A stretch of DNA of 57,796 nucleotides, filler included, from Piptocephalis cylindrospora (GCA_003614145.1; 3 parts of 3 records of this genome joined end to end with filler, not necessarily neighbours in it); one strand, 5' to 3'. Shown: positions 12,863-22,959, numbered from the whole stretch's first letter. Numbers and translations: made by a program. The notes: generated from the sequence alone by a model not told the origin.

Positions 12863-14020
12863 GGTTGGTTTGAGTGGGATAGAGGAAGGTAAATGGTAAG
12901 TTCATGAATGGGAGGAGACTTTATAGGGATCATGCTACCTGGCTAAGCATCATTTGGATCATTAAGGGGTATGCGTTCCGTCGTGTCATCAAAAAGCTCA
13001 TTTCGTTTAGCGTTTACTTTGTTGGCGCCCCTATAGTGATAATTGTTAATTCACTTTGACTGATGATGATTACTCAATTGTGTATCGATATCTCCTGGGG
13101 AAAATGCCAAGTAAAATGACCTTTTCAAACACCAATAAAAGATGGTGTGGCCAATGGTGATTGGGTGAATGACCGGATACTCAGAGGTGGATGAGGCGCA
13201 GACAAGCCCCTTGCTCGTCACACTGACACGATTGACTAGACCAAGGGTTGTGCTACTAGCATGTGCAGCCTAGTTCAGCGGATGTGAAAGCGAGCCTCAT
13301 ATCTGGGGCGGGAGATGCTGCTTTTCTTGAGGACAGAGTAGGCGAGGTGATTGTTGCTACATCATCTGTAAATCAACAGTACGTCCTTAGCTTTTGTTCA
13401 GTCAAGTGTAGTGGTGGTGTTGACTTGGTGCCTGGAAGGCTATCCTCATCCGTGTCGTTTGTTACTCATCATCCGTTCGTAGCCTACCTCCGCCGTACTA
13501 GCCTCATCCTGAGAGTGAGGATATTACCTTGCCATATCCCCAAGCAGATGAATCAGTTGTTTCTTCAATTTACATCCTCTTGCTCGCCTGAGAAGAAGAA
13601 AGGACGTCTCTTCCGGGGTCGTTGGCGTGGATGGAGGACAGGTCGTTCATTGGTGTCCATCCCCAGCAAGCAGGGGCATGTCATCCACTCCTCACCTCTC
13701 TCAAGTGGGAGCGGAACACGAAATGGTTGGACAGCGGAGTGTCAAGACAGGGCGGAGAACCAAGTCGGGGTGGCGAGGAAGATCGTTGAAGGGAAAAGGA
13801 GGCCTTTTCCCACTGTGGAGCCTCCTTATATGCTACTATCCTATCTGTTGTAATGCCGCTCACGGTTTATTCCAGGCTCCGCTTCCTTTTTCCCTTCTCT
13901 CGTCTTGTCTTGCCTTACCTGCCTTTCCTTCCCGCGACGAATCCTATCAAGCTCAACCCAGTGCTCTTGCCTGTTTCCGCTTGCCTCTGCACCCTCTCAC
14001 CCCTTGAGCGCCCCAGCCCT

Positions 14021-14120
14021 TCCCCGCCTCTTCCTCTTCTATCCCCGCCTCTTCCTCTTCTATCCCCGCCTCTTCCTCTTCTATCCCCGCCTTTTTCTCT
14101 TCTATCCCCGCCTCTTTCTC
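14021..14120. repeat. 21-bp tandem minisatellite (TCCCCGCCTCTTCCTCTTCTA), about 4.8 copies
   Basis: Copies start at 14021, 14042, 14063, 14084 and 14105, upstream of the L-domain gene. Confidence 0.95.
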
Positions 14121-14259
14121 CTCCTTTCCCCTGACCCCTCTCTCACTTTCTCCCTCCCTCCCCTTTCTCCCTCCCTTTTAGTCTCCTACTGCTTGATAAA
14201 TTATCCTCTTTGCCGTACTATCCTCTTGCTCCTTCTTCCTTCCTATCCAGTCTTCTACA

Positions 14260-15426
14260 ATGCACCTAATTGCCGCCGTCGTCCCTCTCCTCGCCCTCTT
14301 CACCACGGGTGTTGTGGGCCAAGCGAATAAGAATCAAACCACTCAGGCGGCTACCCCCCAACCCAGTGCTACGACTGCAGCCCCGGCTGCCTTCTCCACC
14401 TCTCCTCCCGCTGTTCCTAATGGTCCCAAGTGCGGCAAACTCAATGAATGGGAAACCATCACTACATCTGTGCAAATGGAGAAGATAAAGGGTTGTGTGG
14501 TCTATATGGGATCCCTGAAGATCACCTTGATTGGGAACAAGGACCTTACAGGTCTCGAGACCCTGGCTAGGGTGGATCAGTCTTTGGAGATTACCGTGTC
14601 CCCGGACCTGGAAACCCTAACAGGCCTGAATTCCCTCGTCTCTGTGGGGGATAAGCTGTTCATCCATGAGAACCCCAAGCTGGTCAACCTTAATGGTTTA
14701 GAAAAGTTCTCATACGCTTCTTCCGGTGTCCTCATCTACGATAACCCCTCCCTTACCTCCATCTCGGGACTGTCAGCCCTCTCGACAATCAATCCCAAGT
14801 TTGAATTTCCCTTTGGCCTCCATATCTATCGGAACCCCAAGCTCACCTCGCTTCAGGGTCTAGGGGCACTGAAGGTGGTGGGAAATGCCCTTGAGCTACA
14901 CCATCTCCCCCTTGTGACCTCCCTTCAGGGGTTCCCCACTTCCCCGTCGAGCGCCATCCCCTTAGTTAACCTGACGATCACGTCCATGGCCCGGTTGATC
15001 AATGTCACAGAGCTTTCCGGATTTCGGGTGCTTAGCACAACGGGCGCTGGCAAGTTTGCCAAGCTGAATATCTCGGCCAATGCAGTCCTCACCTCTCTGG
15101 ATGGTCTCGGGGGTGTGAGTGCGGTCCAGGGTGTTACTATTGACAATAACCCCATGCTCAGCTCAATCAAGGCCCTGACCTCGGTTAAATCCTGGGCTGG
15201 GCCCGTGTCCTTCACTGAGGACTGGTCTCTGTGCGATTACTCGGGAATCAATGTCACGGCCAAGGCTGCGGTCAAGGATGCGGCCTTTGGGACATGTGAT
15301 CCTTCCAAGGCTGAGGCAGCCTCCAAGAGTCTATTGAAGGAGAGCGCCGCATCCTCCCTTCTCCCTCACTCCTCAGCTATGTACATTGCACCTTTGGTGG
15401 CCATGCTCAGCATCCTGGCCTACTAG
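14260..15426 (+). CDS. GPI-anchored cell-surface receptor-L-domain/LRR protein (Ecm33/Pst1-like architecture)
   Basis: Signal peptide and a T/P/A-rich linker, followed by repeated LxxLxGLxxLxxVxxxLxIxxNPxL units. Ends with a small-residue omega region (ESAASS) and a hydrophobic C-terminal tail. Confidence 0.8.
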   Translation: MHLIAAVVPLLALFTTGVVGQANKNQTTQAATPQPSATTAAPAAFSTSPPAVPNGPKCGKLNEWETITTSVQMEKIKGCVVYMGSLKITLIGNKDLTGLETLARVDQSLEITVSPDLETLTGLNSLVSVGDKLFIHENPKLVNLNGLEKFSYASSGVLIYDNPSLTSISGLSALSTINPKFEFPFGLHIYRNPKLTSLQGLGALKVVGNALELHHLPLVTSLQGFPTSPSSAIPLVNLTITSMARLINVTELSGFRVLSTTGAGKFAKLNISANAVLTSLDGLGGVSAVQGVTIDNNPMLSSIKALTSVKSWAGPVSFTEDWSLCDYSGINVTAKAAVKDAAFGTCDPSKAEAASKSLLKESAASSLLPHSSAMYIAPLVAMLSILAY

Positions 15427-16436
15427 ACACTGGGAATCGCGTATTATTGTTCCTGGTGGGGGCGGGTAGGGATGATCTCTTGGGGGGTGGTGGATCGACA
15501 CTTATAGATGGCATATGGGTGTCATGAGACGACGTCTCATAACAATCCTCCTTGGGTATTGAATGTCGATCAAGCTTAGGTGACGGACGAGGAGAATGGA
15601 GGGTTATTCCTTCTTTCCCTCCTATGCTGAGGGATACTCTTCAACGAGAGGAGGTAGGGCTTTTTCGTGATTGATTAATGACGATAATATATTTATTATT
15701 ATGAAGCCACGATATAGGAACATGTAGAAACGATACACGGGTATTGATGGTTAATGGGGTTCATGCACCAAATTAAATGATTGGATGCATATTCGTTCCG
15801 ACTGGCTTATTCATCCCTTTTCTTCACATGCCAACCATTTACCCGGGTGCTGGATTCGGATATCTATTCACCTGCCTCACTGAGAGGAAATGAAACGTGT
15901 TTATCGTCGTCCCCTTCCTTCCAATGGTACCATTTCTGGATCATTACTCCCTAGACAATGGCGGCAATCCTAGTATAGGAATCATCTCGATATTATACGA
16001 CTGTTTAACGCCCTTTGGCTGGTACATCATCATACCACAGAGGCAGACATCCAAAAATCCCTAAAATTATGATCATCCATCGTAAGCCTTGAATATACAC
16101 CCTCGCATACCTAGTTTGTCGTGAATGAATCCCCCCTAGATGAGAGAGGTATACCGAGAGTCGAAAGGGGGGGACGGATAGGGGACACAGAGTGAGGGCG
16201 GGATACGATGTGTGTGTGTGTGTGTGGGGATGAAGGGTGAGGATGATGATCCCATCCCTACTCATAGGGATGGGTATAAAAGGATGGATGTACGGGTGCA
16301 ACCCATACTCTGGATCCGATGGCAGCTTTGCTCATTACATACTGACACTGCCATCCGGATTTAGTCCGTAACAATGCATTCATCCATAGTGATTAGCCCC
16401 ACCCTTCATTGAGATCAAGACAATAGTTTTAGCAGA

Positions 16437-16816
16437 AACAACAAGTTGCCCTATACTCTATAACTCATGTAGCCTAGCCGTTTAATCTTCATCCTTTAGG
16501 CTGCAAGGTTCCAGATTCGACTCCGAGTGTGTTATCCCTCCCTTACACTAGGTCAAGTTCAAGAACCCCAATGACACTGTATACATTGCTGGCTACCATC
16601 TTCCTTGTGGATTCCATGGTCAGCTACCCCGAGAGGGGGTGCGCTAATGGTTTTCTGTAGTGTCCATTTCAAAATTACAGTACAGGGCACACGTCGGGAA
16701 CATTGTTTCTGGCACCACACAGGCCGGCCGAATGAGGCGGACTATGTGTTCGGATGCCCATCCGCCTACCCCACTAGGGAAAATAAAACGGCTTCAACAA
16801 CAATTGCCCTATACTC
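16437..16816 (+). mobile_element. Candidate degenerate tRNA-derived SINE-like insertion flanked by direct repeats
   Basis: TTGCCCTATACTC occurs at 16446-16458 and 16804-16816. Between them are A-box-like and B-box-like segments (16470-16524) and an AATAAA/(CAA)n tail. Confidence 0.3.
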
Positions 16817-18058
16817 CTTCCAAAACAGTGCCCAGATACTCTTAAAGGTCAGTAAATAACATTGTATTGCATTGTCACTCGAAATGGCCTGGTGAGGGGT
16901 CAAGGGAAACGAGAAGACTAAGGAAAATGAGTGAAAGATTGAATGTCTGTGGGGGGTGGGCTCCCCACCTCATATCTGAGGGGCCCAATAGTGTCTGTGT
17001 CAGACCTAGAGAGGTAGAGACACAAAGGTAGGGTGAGCATTAAAGAGGCAGGCGGAGTGAAGGTCTTCCATTTTTCTTCCCTCTCTTGAGTCTTTCTCTT
17101 ATTTCTAGCCCTTTTTTCCACTCCCCTTTGCCGCACCGTTGTCACTAATACTGCTGCCCTCTCCCTCTTTCGATCAAGGGCAACCACAACTGTCTTTTTC
17201 CAGAGGCTAGGAGAAGATCGAGAAGATAAGAAGTTTGTAGAGATAAGGACACAAGGGAAGGGGAGGAAGGTCAATGAGGTAGAGCTATCCCAGGTCGGAC
17301 TTGACTCAAGGGAATTCAGGCTTGGATTAGTTCTTGACGCTTTGGCTTGGCATTGATGTAATCTCGTGTCTTGTACTGTTATCTTGGATGGTCGGAGTTT
17401 GAGGGAGGGCCAGTCATAGGGCCTTGTGGCAGTAACTCTGTTTGGTGAGCGAGAAATAACTCCAAACGGTTCAAGACAATATAAGAATATCATATCGGAC
17501 TTATATATCCCTCCACACTTCCCCCTCCCCGCCTATCCCCATCCCCATCCCCATCCCCATCCTCATCCTCATACACCCAGCACATTAAACCCAACCCAAC
17601 TCTGACCTATCCTTGATAGTAATGTGAATACCCAAGCTTGGCTAATCATGTGATAGGGACGAAACAGATGAAAGAGATCAGCTAATAATAATACAACCTA
17701 GTCGCTCATGTGGCAGAGCTCCGCTCTCTTCCGCTACGAGGAATTGTCCATAAGGCGAAATTCTAGTCTCTTCGATTGCGAATGGCTATCCAGAGGAAAT
17801 TTTGTATACTCCTTCTGCATATTAGGTCGTTTTTCACAGAAAGGATAAATACCAGGGCTTTACACTCTCTATCTACCCAAGGCTGCACCTTCAGCACCGC
17901 ATTCTTCCTCATACACCTCAAACATTATCATTATCGCAACGACCTCGCTTTTCCCATCTCCCTCTTCGGTGTTCTTTTTAGCATCATCACTGCTGTCACG
18001 ATCTCATCTACTCTACTCCCGTACGTCATTTCCTTAGCACGCTACCGTTCTTACTGCT

Positions 18059-18763
18059 ATGCGTTTCTCCCTACTCCATCTTGTGTCCCTCACTGTCGTA
18101 GCTATCATTGCTACCGTCGGCGTTGGGGCCTCAAACAACTCTACCCCACCGACTTCCTCTTTGGGTTCTGCATCGGGGAGCCATTCTTCCAATTCTCCCA
18201 GACCCCACCATACTCATCACGATCGTGATGATGATATCGCGGGGCCATCCTCACTCCACCGGTCGCGCCTACGTGGAGAGGGGGCGTACGGAATAATATT
18301 TCCTGTCGACTGGCGAGCAGTTGGTAAGATCCTGACACTTACGGATAAACTACTACGCCTCTGCGAAAGCAATAGTCGACATGTATCTGATATGAGGAGG
18401 TATGAGGACATCCAACCGATTGTGCAATTCCTTGACGATCTACATCTCCATAATCAAACCAGGATGAACCCTCACACCGTAGACCTGATCGATATCTGGC
18501 AAGAGTACGGAGGAGCCTTCCAACGTCAATATGAGGCGATTGTTAATAGGGACAATGGTCCTATAATCCCCCATGCGGCCGATCATCTTATTGATTTAGG
18601 AATCCAGCTTCTCGGCTGGTTGGATCTTACCCCGCAGCAAATTCGGGCTCATGAGCATGATTTTAGTGACCTGTTGAACCATCTTCATTACTTGCGAAAT
18701 AAGTGTCACCCCAATCGCACAACCCAGAGAAGAGCACATCATGCTACTTCCCCTCATCGTTGA
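18059..18763 (+). CDS. Orphan secreted protein
   Basis: Clear signal peptide MRFSLLHLVSLTVVAIIATVGVGA, an S/H-rich linker and a likely helical C-terminal region. No family recognised. Confidence 0.7.
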   Translation: MRFSLLHLVSLTVVAIIATVGVGASNNSTPPTSSLGSASGSHSSNSPRPHHTHHDRDDDIAGPSSLHRSRLRGEGAYGIIFPVDWRAVGKILTLTDKLLRLCESNSRHVSDMRRYEDIQPIVQFLDDLHLHNQTRMNPHTVDLIDIWQEYGGAFQRQYEAIVNRDNGPIIPHAADHLIDLGIQLLGWLDLTPQQIRAHEHDFSDLLNHLHYLRNKCHPNRTTQRRAHHATSPHR

Positions 18764-19218
18764 AGCCATGAGTACTCCAGAAGACGGATCTGTGATGTGA
18801 GATGAACACATCATTGCCTCAAGCCAATAAATGATATTTTCAGATGAAAGAAATGTGCCATGGAGCAACTGGATTGAGGGGGCGCCACTTAATAGTTGGC
18901 CACGAGGCTGAACTGGAAGCTACGGATGCGAAGAGTGATGATGTCAAGGGGAAGGAGGACATGAGGTGAGCAACAAAAGTGCTCTAACTAATCATATAGA
19001 GGGATAAAAATATGCAGGAGAAGAGTAAAGCTGGTGTTTCTCAGGCTCTGAAATACCGTTTTGTTTTGAAAGGTTTATTGTTGCTTATTATTTCCGAGAA
19101 AAATATAGAGCGTTTTAATACTGTTGCGTAGGGGGTTTTGAACAGTGAAAAGATTCAATGAAGTCCTAGCAATGGCACGAGGGCCTAACTTTCACTTGGG
19201 GAAATTGGGAACGGGAAT

Positions 19219-19318
19219 NNNNNNNNNNNNNNNNNNNNNNNNNNNNNNNNNNNNNNNNNNNNTTAATTAATTAANNNNNNNNNNNNNNNNNNNNNNNNNN
19301 NNNNNNNNNNNNNNNNNN
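19219..19318. other. Assembly gap/contig linker
   Basis: N-run + TTAATTAATTAA (stops in all six frames) + N-run, 100 nt in total. Confidence 0.98.
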
Positions 19319-19406
19319 CTTTCTTTCCGTCGAATAACCTCTGCATACCGTATCAAGTAATTATTTATTCATCCCACCCACGCTATCTCACTCCATACAT
19401 CTTATC

Positions 19407-20966
19407 ATGATATACTTGCCTTGGCAGCCCATTGCAAGCGCCGGACTCGCCTGGTTTATATATAAGATTTACAAAGCTCGGACCCCTGAGAGACCTGGAC
19501 CTCCAGGGATTCCCTTTCTAGGCAACCTTCTGGAGATTGGTCCCTTGCCCCACATTCCCTTCACAAAATGGGCCCAAAAATATGGGGATGTATTTTTCCT
19601 AAAGATGGGTCCGCTAGAGTGGATGATCATCAACTCTCCAGAGGCCTTGCATGAAGTTCTCTCCCGACGGGGCGCAACCTTTGCCTCCAGACCACACCAA
19701 ACCATGCTGAGCGATGTGGCGAGTGAGGGGCGTGATGGTATCGTTGGTCTCTCCTACGGCCCTGTCTGGAAGATGGCTCGGCGCGTCTTCACCACCGTCT
19801 TCTCCAAGTCTTCCGTCCAGGCCTACGAGCCCATCTTGACGCATGAAGCACGGAGTCTGTGTCGGGCCCTTATCGAGGACAACCGAGTTCATGGGTCCAA
19901 AGGATTTTCTACGCGTTTCCACCATCAGTGGCACTCCTTCAATGTCATTATTTCGGTCTGCTTTGGCTTCCGCGTTAACTCCTACACTGACTCCTTATGC
20001 CAGCTCCAGCTCAAGATCAACCACCAGCTCTTTCAAGCCCTCGATCCCAAATACTACCTTGCCGACTTCCTTCCTTTTCTCCGTCCTTTCAGCATGAAGA
20101 AGAAGAGGGAGATGAAAAAGGTCATGGATAACACCTTGGATTTTTCCAAGAGGCTCTATGATCGTTACAAGGAAAATAAGGAACGAATTGACGCCAAGAT
20201 TCCCACGAATATGTGCAAGTATATCCAGGAGCTACAGGATGCAGGAGAGTTGAGAGAAAGAAATGTTTATCTCCTCCTTGGGGAAACATTTGCCGCAGGC
20301 CTGGACACCGCATCCACCTCTCTCACGTGGCTTTCCCTCATCCTCGCCACCCGGCCAGACGTCCAAAAGAAGGCCCATGACGAGCTTGATCGGATTGTGG
20401 GCAGGAATCGTCTTCCTACCCAAGAGGATATTGATTCCCTCCCGTATATCCGGTGCATCCTTCAAGAATCCGTTCGTGTCCGTGGACCAAGCCCTTTAGG
20501 CCTTACCAGAACATGTCTTGAGGATTCCGAGTATCGGGGTATGTTAGTCCGAAAGGGCACATGGATTATCCCCAACGTACACGCAACTCATAGCGTGTAC
20601 TCCCATCTGGATGATCCAACTTCTTTTGTCCCCGAGCGCTGGGAGTCTAACCCCAAATCCCTAGTGGAAGAGACGATGGGTAAGCAGGGTACCCGTGAGA
20701 TTTGGACCTTTGGTGGTGGACGTCGCGTCTGTCCCGGGCTGCATCTAGCCAACGCCTCCCTCATTCAGGCCCTTACCCATATTCTCTGGTCCTTCACCCT
20801 AGTTCCCGGAGATGGAGTGAATATTGACTTGGATGAAATGGAAGAGGGACTTACCAATCTTCCCCTGGAACAAATGGTTCGCTATATTCCCCGTGGGGAG
20901 CATGTGGAGCCCTTGCTCTCGGCGGACCGTCAAGTCTCCCTCGCCGATACCTTGAGCAACGAATAG
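19407..20966 (+). CDS. Cytochrome P450 monooxygenase, intronless
   Basis: N-terminal anchor with PGPPGIPFLGN, I-helix AGLDT, ExxR (ESVR), PERW and heme motif FGGGRRVCPG. Confidence 0.96.
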   Translation: MIYLPWQPIASAGLAWFIYKIYKARTPERPGPPGIPFLGNLLEIGPLPHIPFTKWAQKYGDVFFLKMGPLEWMIINSPEALHEVLSRRGATFASRPHQTMLSDVASEGRDGIVGLSYGPVWKMARRVFTTVFSKSSVQAYEPILTHEARSLCRALIEDNRVHGSKGFSTRFHHQWHSFNVIISVCFGFRVNSYTDSLCQLQLKINHQLFQALDPKYYLADFLPFLRPFSMKKKREMKKVMDNTLDFSKRLYDRYKENKERIDAKIPTNMCKYIQELQDAGELRERNVYLLLGETFAAGLDTASTSLTWLSLILATRPDVQKKAHDELDRIVGRNRLPTQEDIDSLPYIRCILQESVRVRGPSPLGLTRTCLEDSEYRGMLVRKGTWIIPNVHATHSVYSHLDDPTSFVPERWESNPKSLVEETMGKQGTREIWTFGGGRRVCPGLHLANASLIQALTHILWSFTLVPGDGVNIDLDEMEEGLTNLPLEQMVRYIPRGEHVEPLLSADRQVSLADTLSNE

Positions 20967-21346
20967 GGGTGCAAAGGAAGATATTCTTGTTGCTGTTGAA
21001 ACCATTTTATTTTCCCTAGTGGGGGAGGCGCTAAAGGCATTCAAACACATAACCCGCTTCACGATATTCTTAAAATATACGCTAGCCTTTCATTTTATAG
21101 GACGGATGTGACTTTGTAACGACACTTCAATTAATCTGGATGAGTGATCCCATGGGATATGCGTAACCGAAGGCTGGGCATAACGGCTTAGCATAAATCG
21201 TTTGCTTTAAAAAACGATTTATTTTCTGGTCTTCATACCAATTATGTTGCACTGTGCAGGTGGCCTACCATAATTCGTTTTATGTAGCTATCCTATTCAC
21301 GTATCAAATTTATCCCACAATTTAGCTATCCCTTATTTTTGACTCC

Positions 21347-21354
21347 TATAAATA
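21347..21354 (+). promoter_or_regulatory. TATA box of the U6 gene
   Basis: TATAAATA begins 32 nt upstream of the inferred U6 +1 (G21379). Confidence 0.7.
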
Positions 21355-21378
21355 TAATGCACACAAATATCAATACTT

Positions 21379-21499
21379 GTAATGTCTTCGGACCTCTTAC
21401 ACATACCAAAATTGGAACAAAACAGAGAAGATTAGCATGGCCCCTGCACAAGGATGACACGTAAATCTAGAGTGGATACTCCTACGGGAGAATTTTTTT
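21379..21499 (+). ncRNA. U6: U6 spliceosomal snRNA
   Basis: 5' stem-loop with a UUCG loop, then AAAATTGGAAC, the ACAGAGA box (21422-21428), AGATTAGCATGGCCCCTGCACAAGGATGACACG (AGC triad and ISL), and a T7 Pol III terminator at 21493-21499. Confidence 0.97.
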
Positions 21500-21667
21500 G
21501 TTAAAATTACGACGCTTGGCAACCTCACATAATGGGCGGACGCGACCGCGTTGTTGACACGTCCTACCTTGGCCTTCAAAATCCTACATTTGATTATAGC
21601 TAAACAGAAGCAATCTCTTGTCCCTGTACATTACACCATCTTTTCAACCTCTCATCTTTTCTATACC

Positions 21668-22798
21668 ATGACTCGTGAAGTAACCTATGAACCATTGGAG
21701 GATTATGATTTGCCCAGGGTTCACGATAAGGACGCCGCTTCTTCCATTCAGCAAGACCCTGGACTGGATTTGGAGGAGGCGCCCAAGACCCGAGCACCTC
21801 GTGCCAAGTTAGATGAGCCCCGGCTTTTAGACCACGACCATGGGCTACCTGCCCTCTTACGAGATGCGAGGCACCTGCATTTTGGTGGAAAACGTACTAC
21901 GGTACACCAAGATCTGGATAAACTACTCAAATACTATGGTCTCTGGGCCCATCAGCTTTTCCCAAGGCTGGCTTTTACGGACTGCATCCGCAAGGTCGAA
22001 AGTGTATGTCATAAGAAGCGACTCAAGATGTACCTTCGGGAATGGAGGAATGAATGGAGCTACCAGCAGCGAGATTCTGTCTCCGCAGACAACCTTGCCC
22101 AAATTGGTGGGGGAGAGGATGTATTTTTTGACTCGGATGACGAGAACGTCCTGACCCATGCTCTCGAACGACAAGACGAAGATTCAGTTGCAGAAAATCT
22201 GCCTAATATGGATGCGCCGGATCATGAGTTTTCAGGATCATTCCTCTCCTCCCTCCTTTCATCGGCTAATACGGCTGGAATACTCGAGACGGAGGAGGAT
22301 AAGGAGGAGGATTGGCCCGAGGAGTTTTCCCGTCTAACCCAAAAGTCTAACTTGCCAACCTCCCCATCTCCCACCTCCGTCCCCACGAATAGTGCACCCC
22401 CATCACCCAATTCGAACGAGGCAGGCAAGGGAAAGAAAGAGGAAAGTGGAGGCGCTATGGATAAGGATGAGGATCTGAAGGGCTTAGAAACCTTGCACGT
22501 ATTGGAGAAGAGGAGCGAAGTCGAGGAACAGTTTTTCCCTTCGTCTAAAGCCCCTTCCAGGAAGCGACGTCGATTCATTATTCCGGAGGAGGAGGATGGC
22601 GCTGACGTTGGAGCGAAAAAGCGTGATCATGCAGTACTTTCCCCCAAACGCCCTCAAGGAGCCCCCTCTCGTCGTTCCCTAGCCTTCATCAGTGAAGATG
22701 AAGATGAGCAAGATTCACCGACAAAGAGCATACCACCACCTCCCCGTTCTCCATTGCCCAAGGAGATTGAGAGTCCTAGCACTCCCAGAATTGTCTGA
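21668..22798 (+). CDS. CSM3: Replication fork protection protein Csm3/Swi3/TIPIN
   Basis: KLDEPRLL..HGLPAL and DLDKLLKYYGLWAHQLFPRLAFTDCIRKVE (Swi3 domain), with a disordered acidic tail. Confidence 0.88.
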   Translation: MTREVTYEPLEDYDLPRVHDKDAASSIQQDPGLDLEEAPKTRAPRAKLDEPRLLDHDHGLPALLRDARHLHFGGKRTTVHQDLDKLLKYYGLWAHQLFPRLAFTDCIRKVESVCHKKRLKMYLREWRNEWSYQQRDSVSADNLAQIGGGEDVFFDSDDENVLTHALERQDEDSVAENLPNMDAPDHEFSGSFLSSLLSSANTAGILETEEDKEEDWPEEFSRLTQKSNLPTSPSPTSVPTNSAPPSPNSNEAGKGKKEESGGAMDKDEDLKGLETLHVLEKRSEVEEQFFPSSKAPSRKRRRFIIPEEEDGADVGAKKRDHAVLSPKRPQGAPSRRSLAFISEDEDEQDSPTKSIPPPPRSPLPKEIESPSTPRIV

Positions 22799-22959
22799 TC
22801 GACACATCTGTCTATTAAAAAAATATTCATGCCTTGCCTATCTCATTGTAATAATTGCCCACGTGAAAGCTGCATCAATAAGATATTTTGATCGTCATTC
22901 TTCTCCTGGGATGCCAGCATACCAAGTAAGCTATACCTTTGATCTCTCTTGACGTAAGT

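Noticed and set aside
14021..14120. CRISPR-like array (also 39415-39486)
   Set aside because: Head-to-tail repeats without spacers, in a eukaryotic context.
16463..16534. Functional tRNA gene
   Set aside because: Acceptor, anticodon and T stems do not pair; kept only as a possible SINE head.
16918..17493. 191-aa ORF, and similar ORFs at 13263-13853 and 35700-40500
   Set aside because: No recognisable domain or coding-like codon bias; several derive from simple repeats.
18250..18280. RxLR effector motif in the secreted orphan
   Set aside because: The sequence is RSRLR, which does not fit R-x-L-R, and there is no downstream dEER.
19263..19274. TTAATTAATTAA palindrome inside N-runs (also at 38573-38584)
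   Set aside because: Artificial six-frame-stop contig linker, not biology.
21478..21490. ACTCCTACGGGAG is identical to the bacterial 16S 338F primer site
   Set aside because: Only 13 nt with no flanking rRNA similarity; best explained as a convergent C(UACG)G hairpin.
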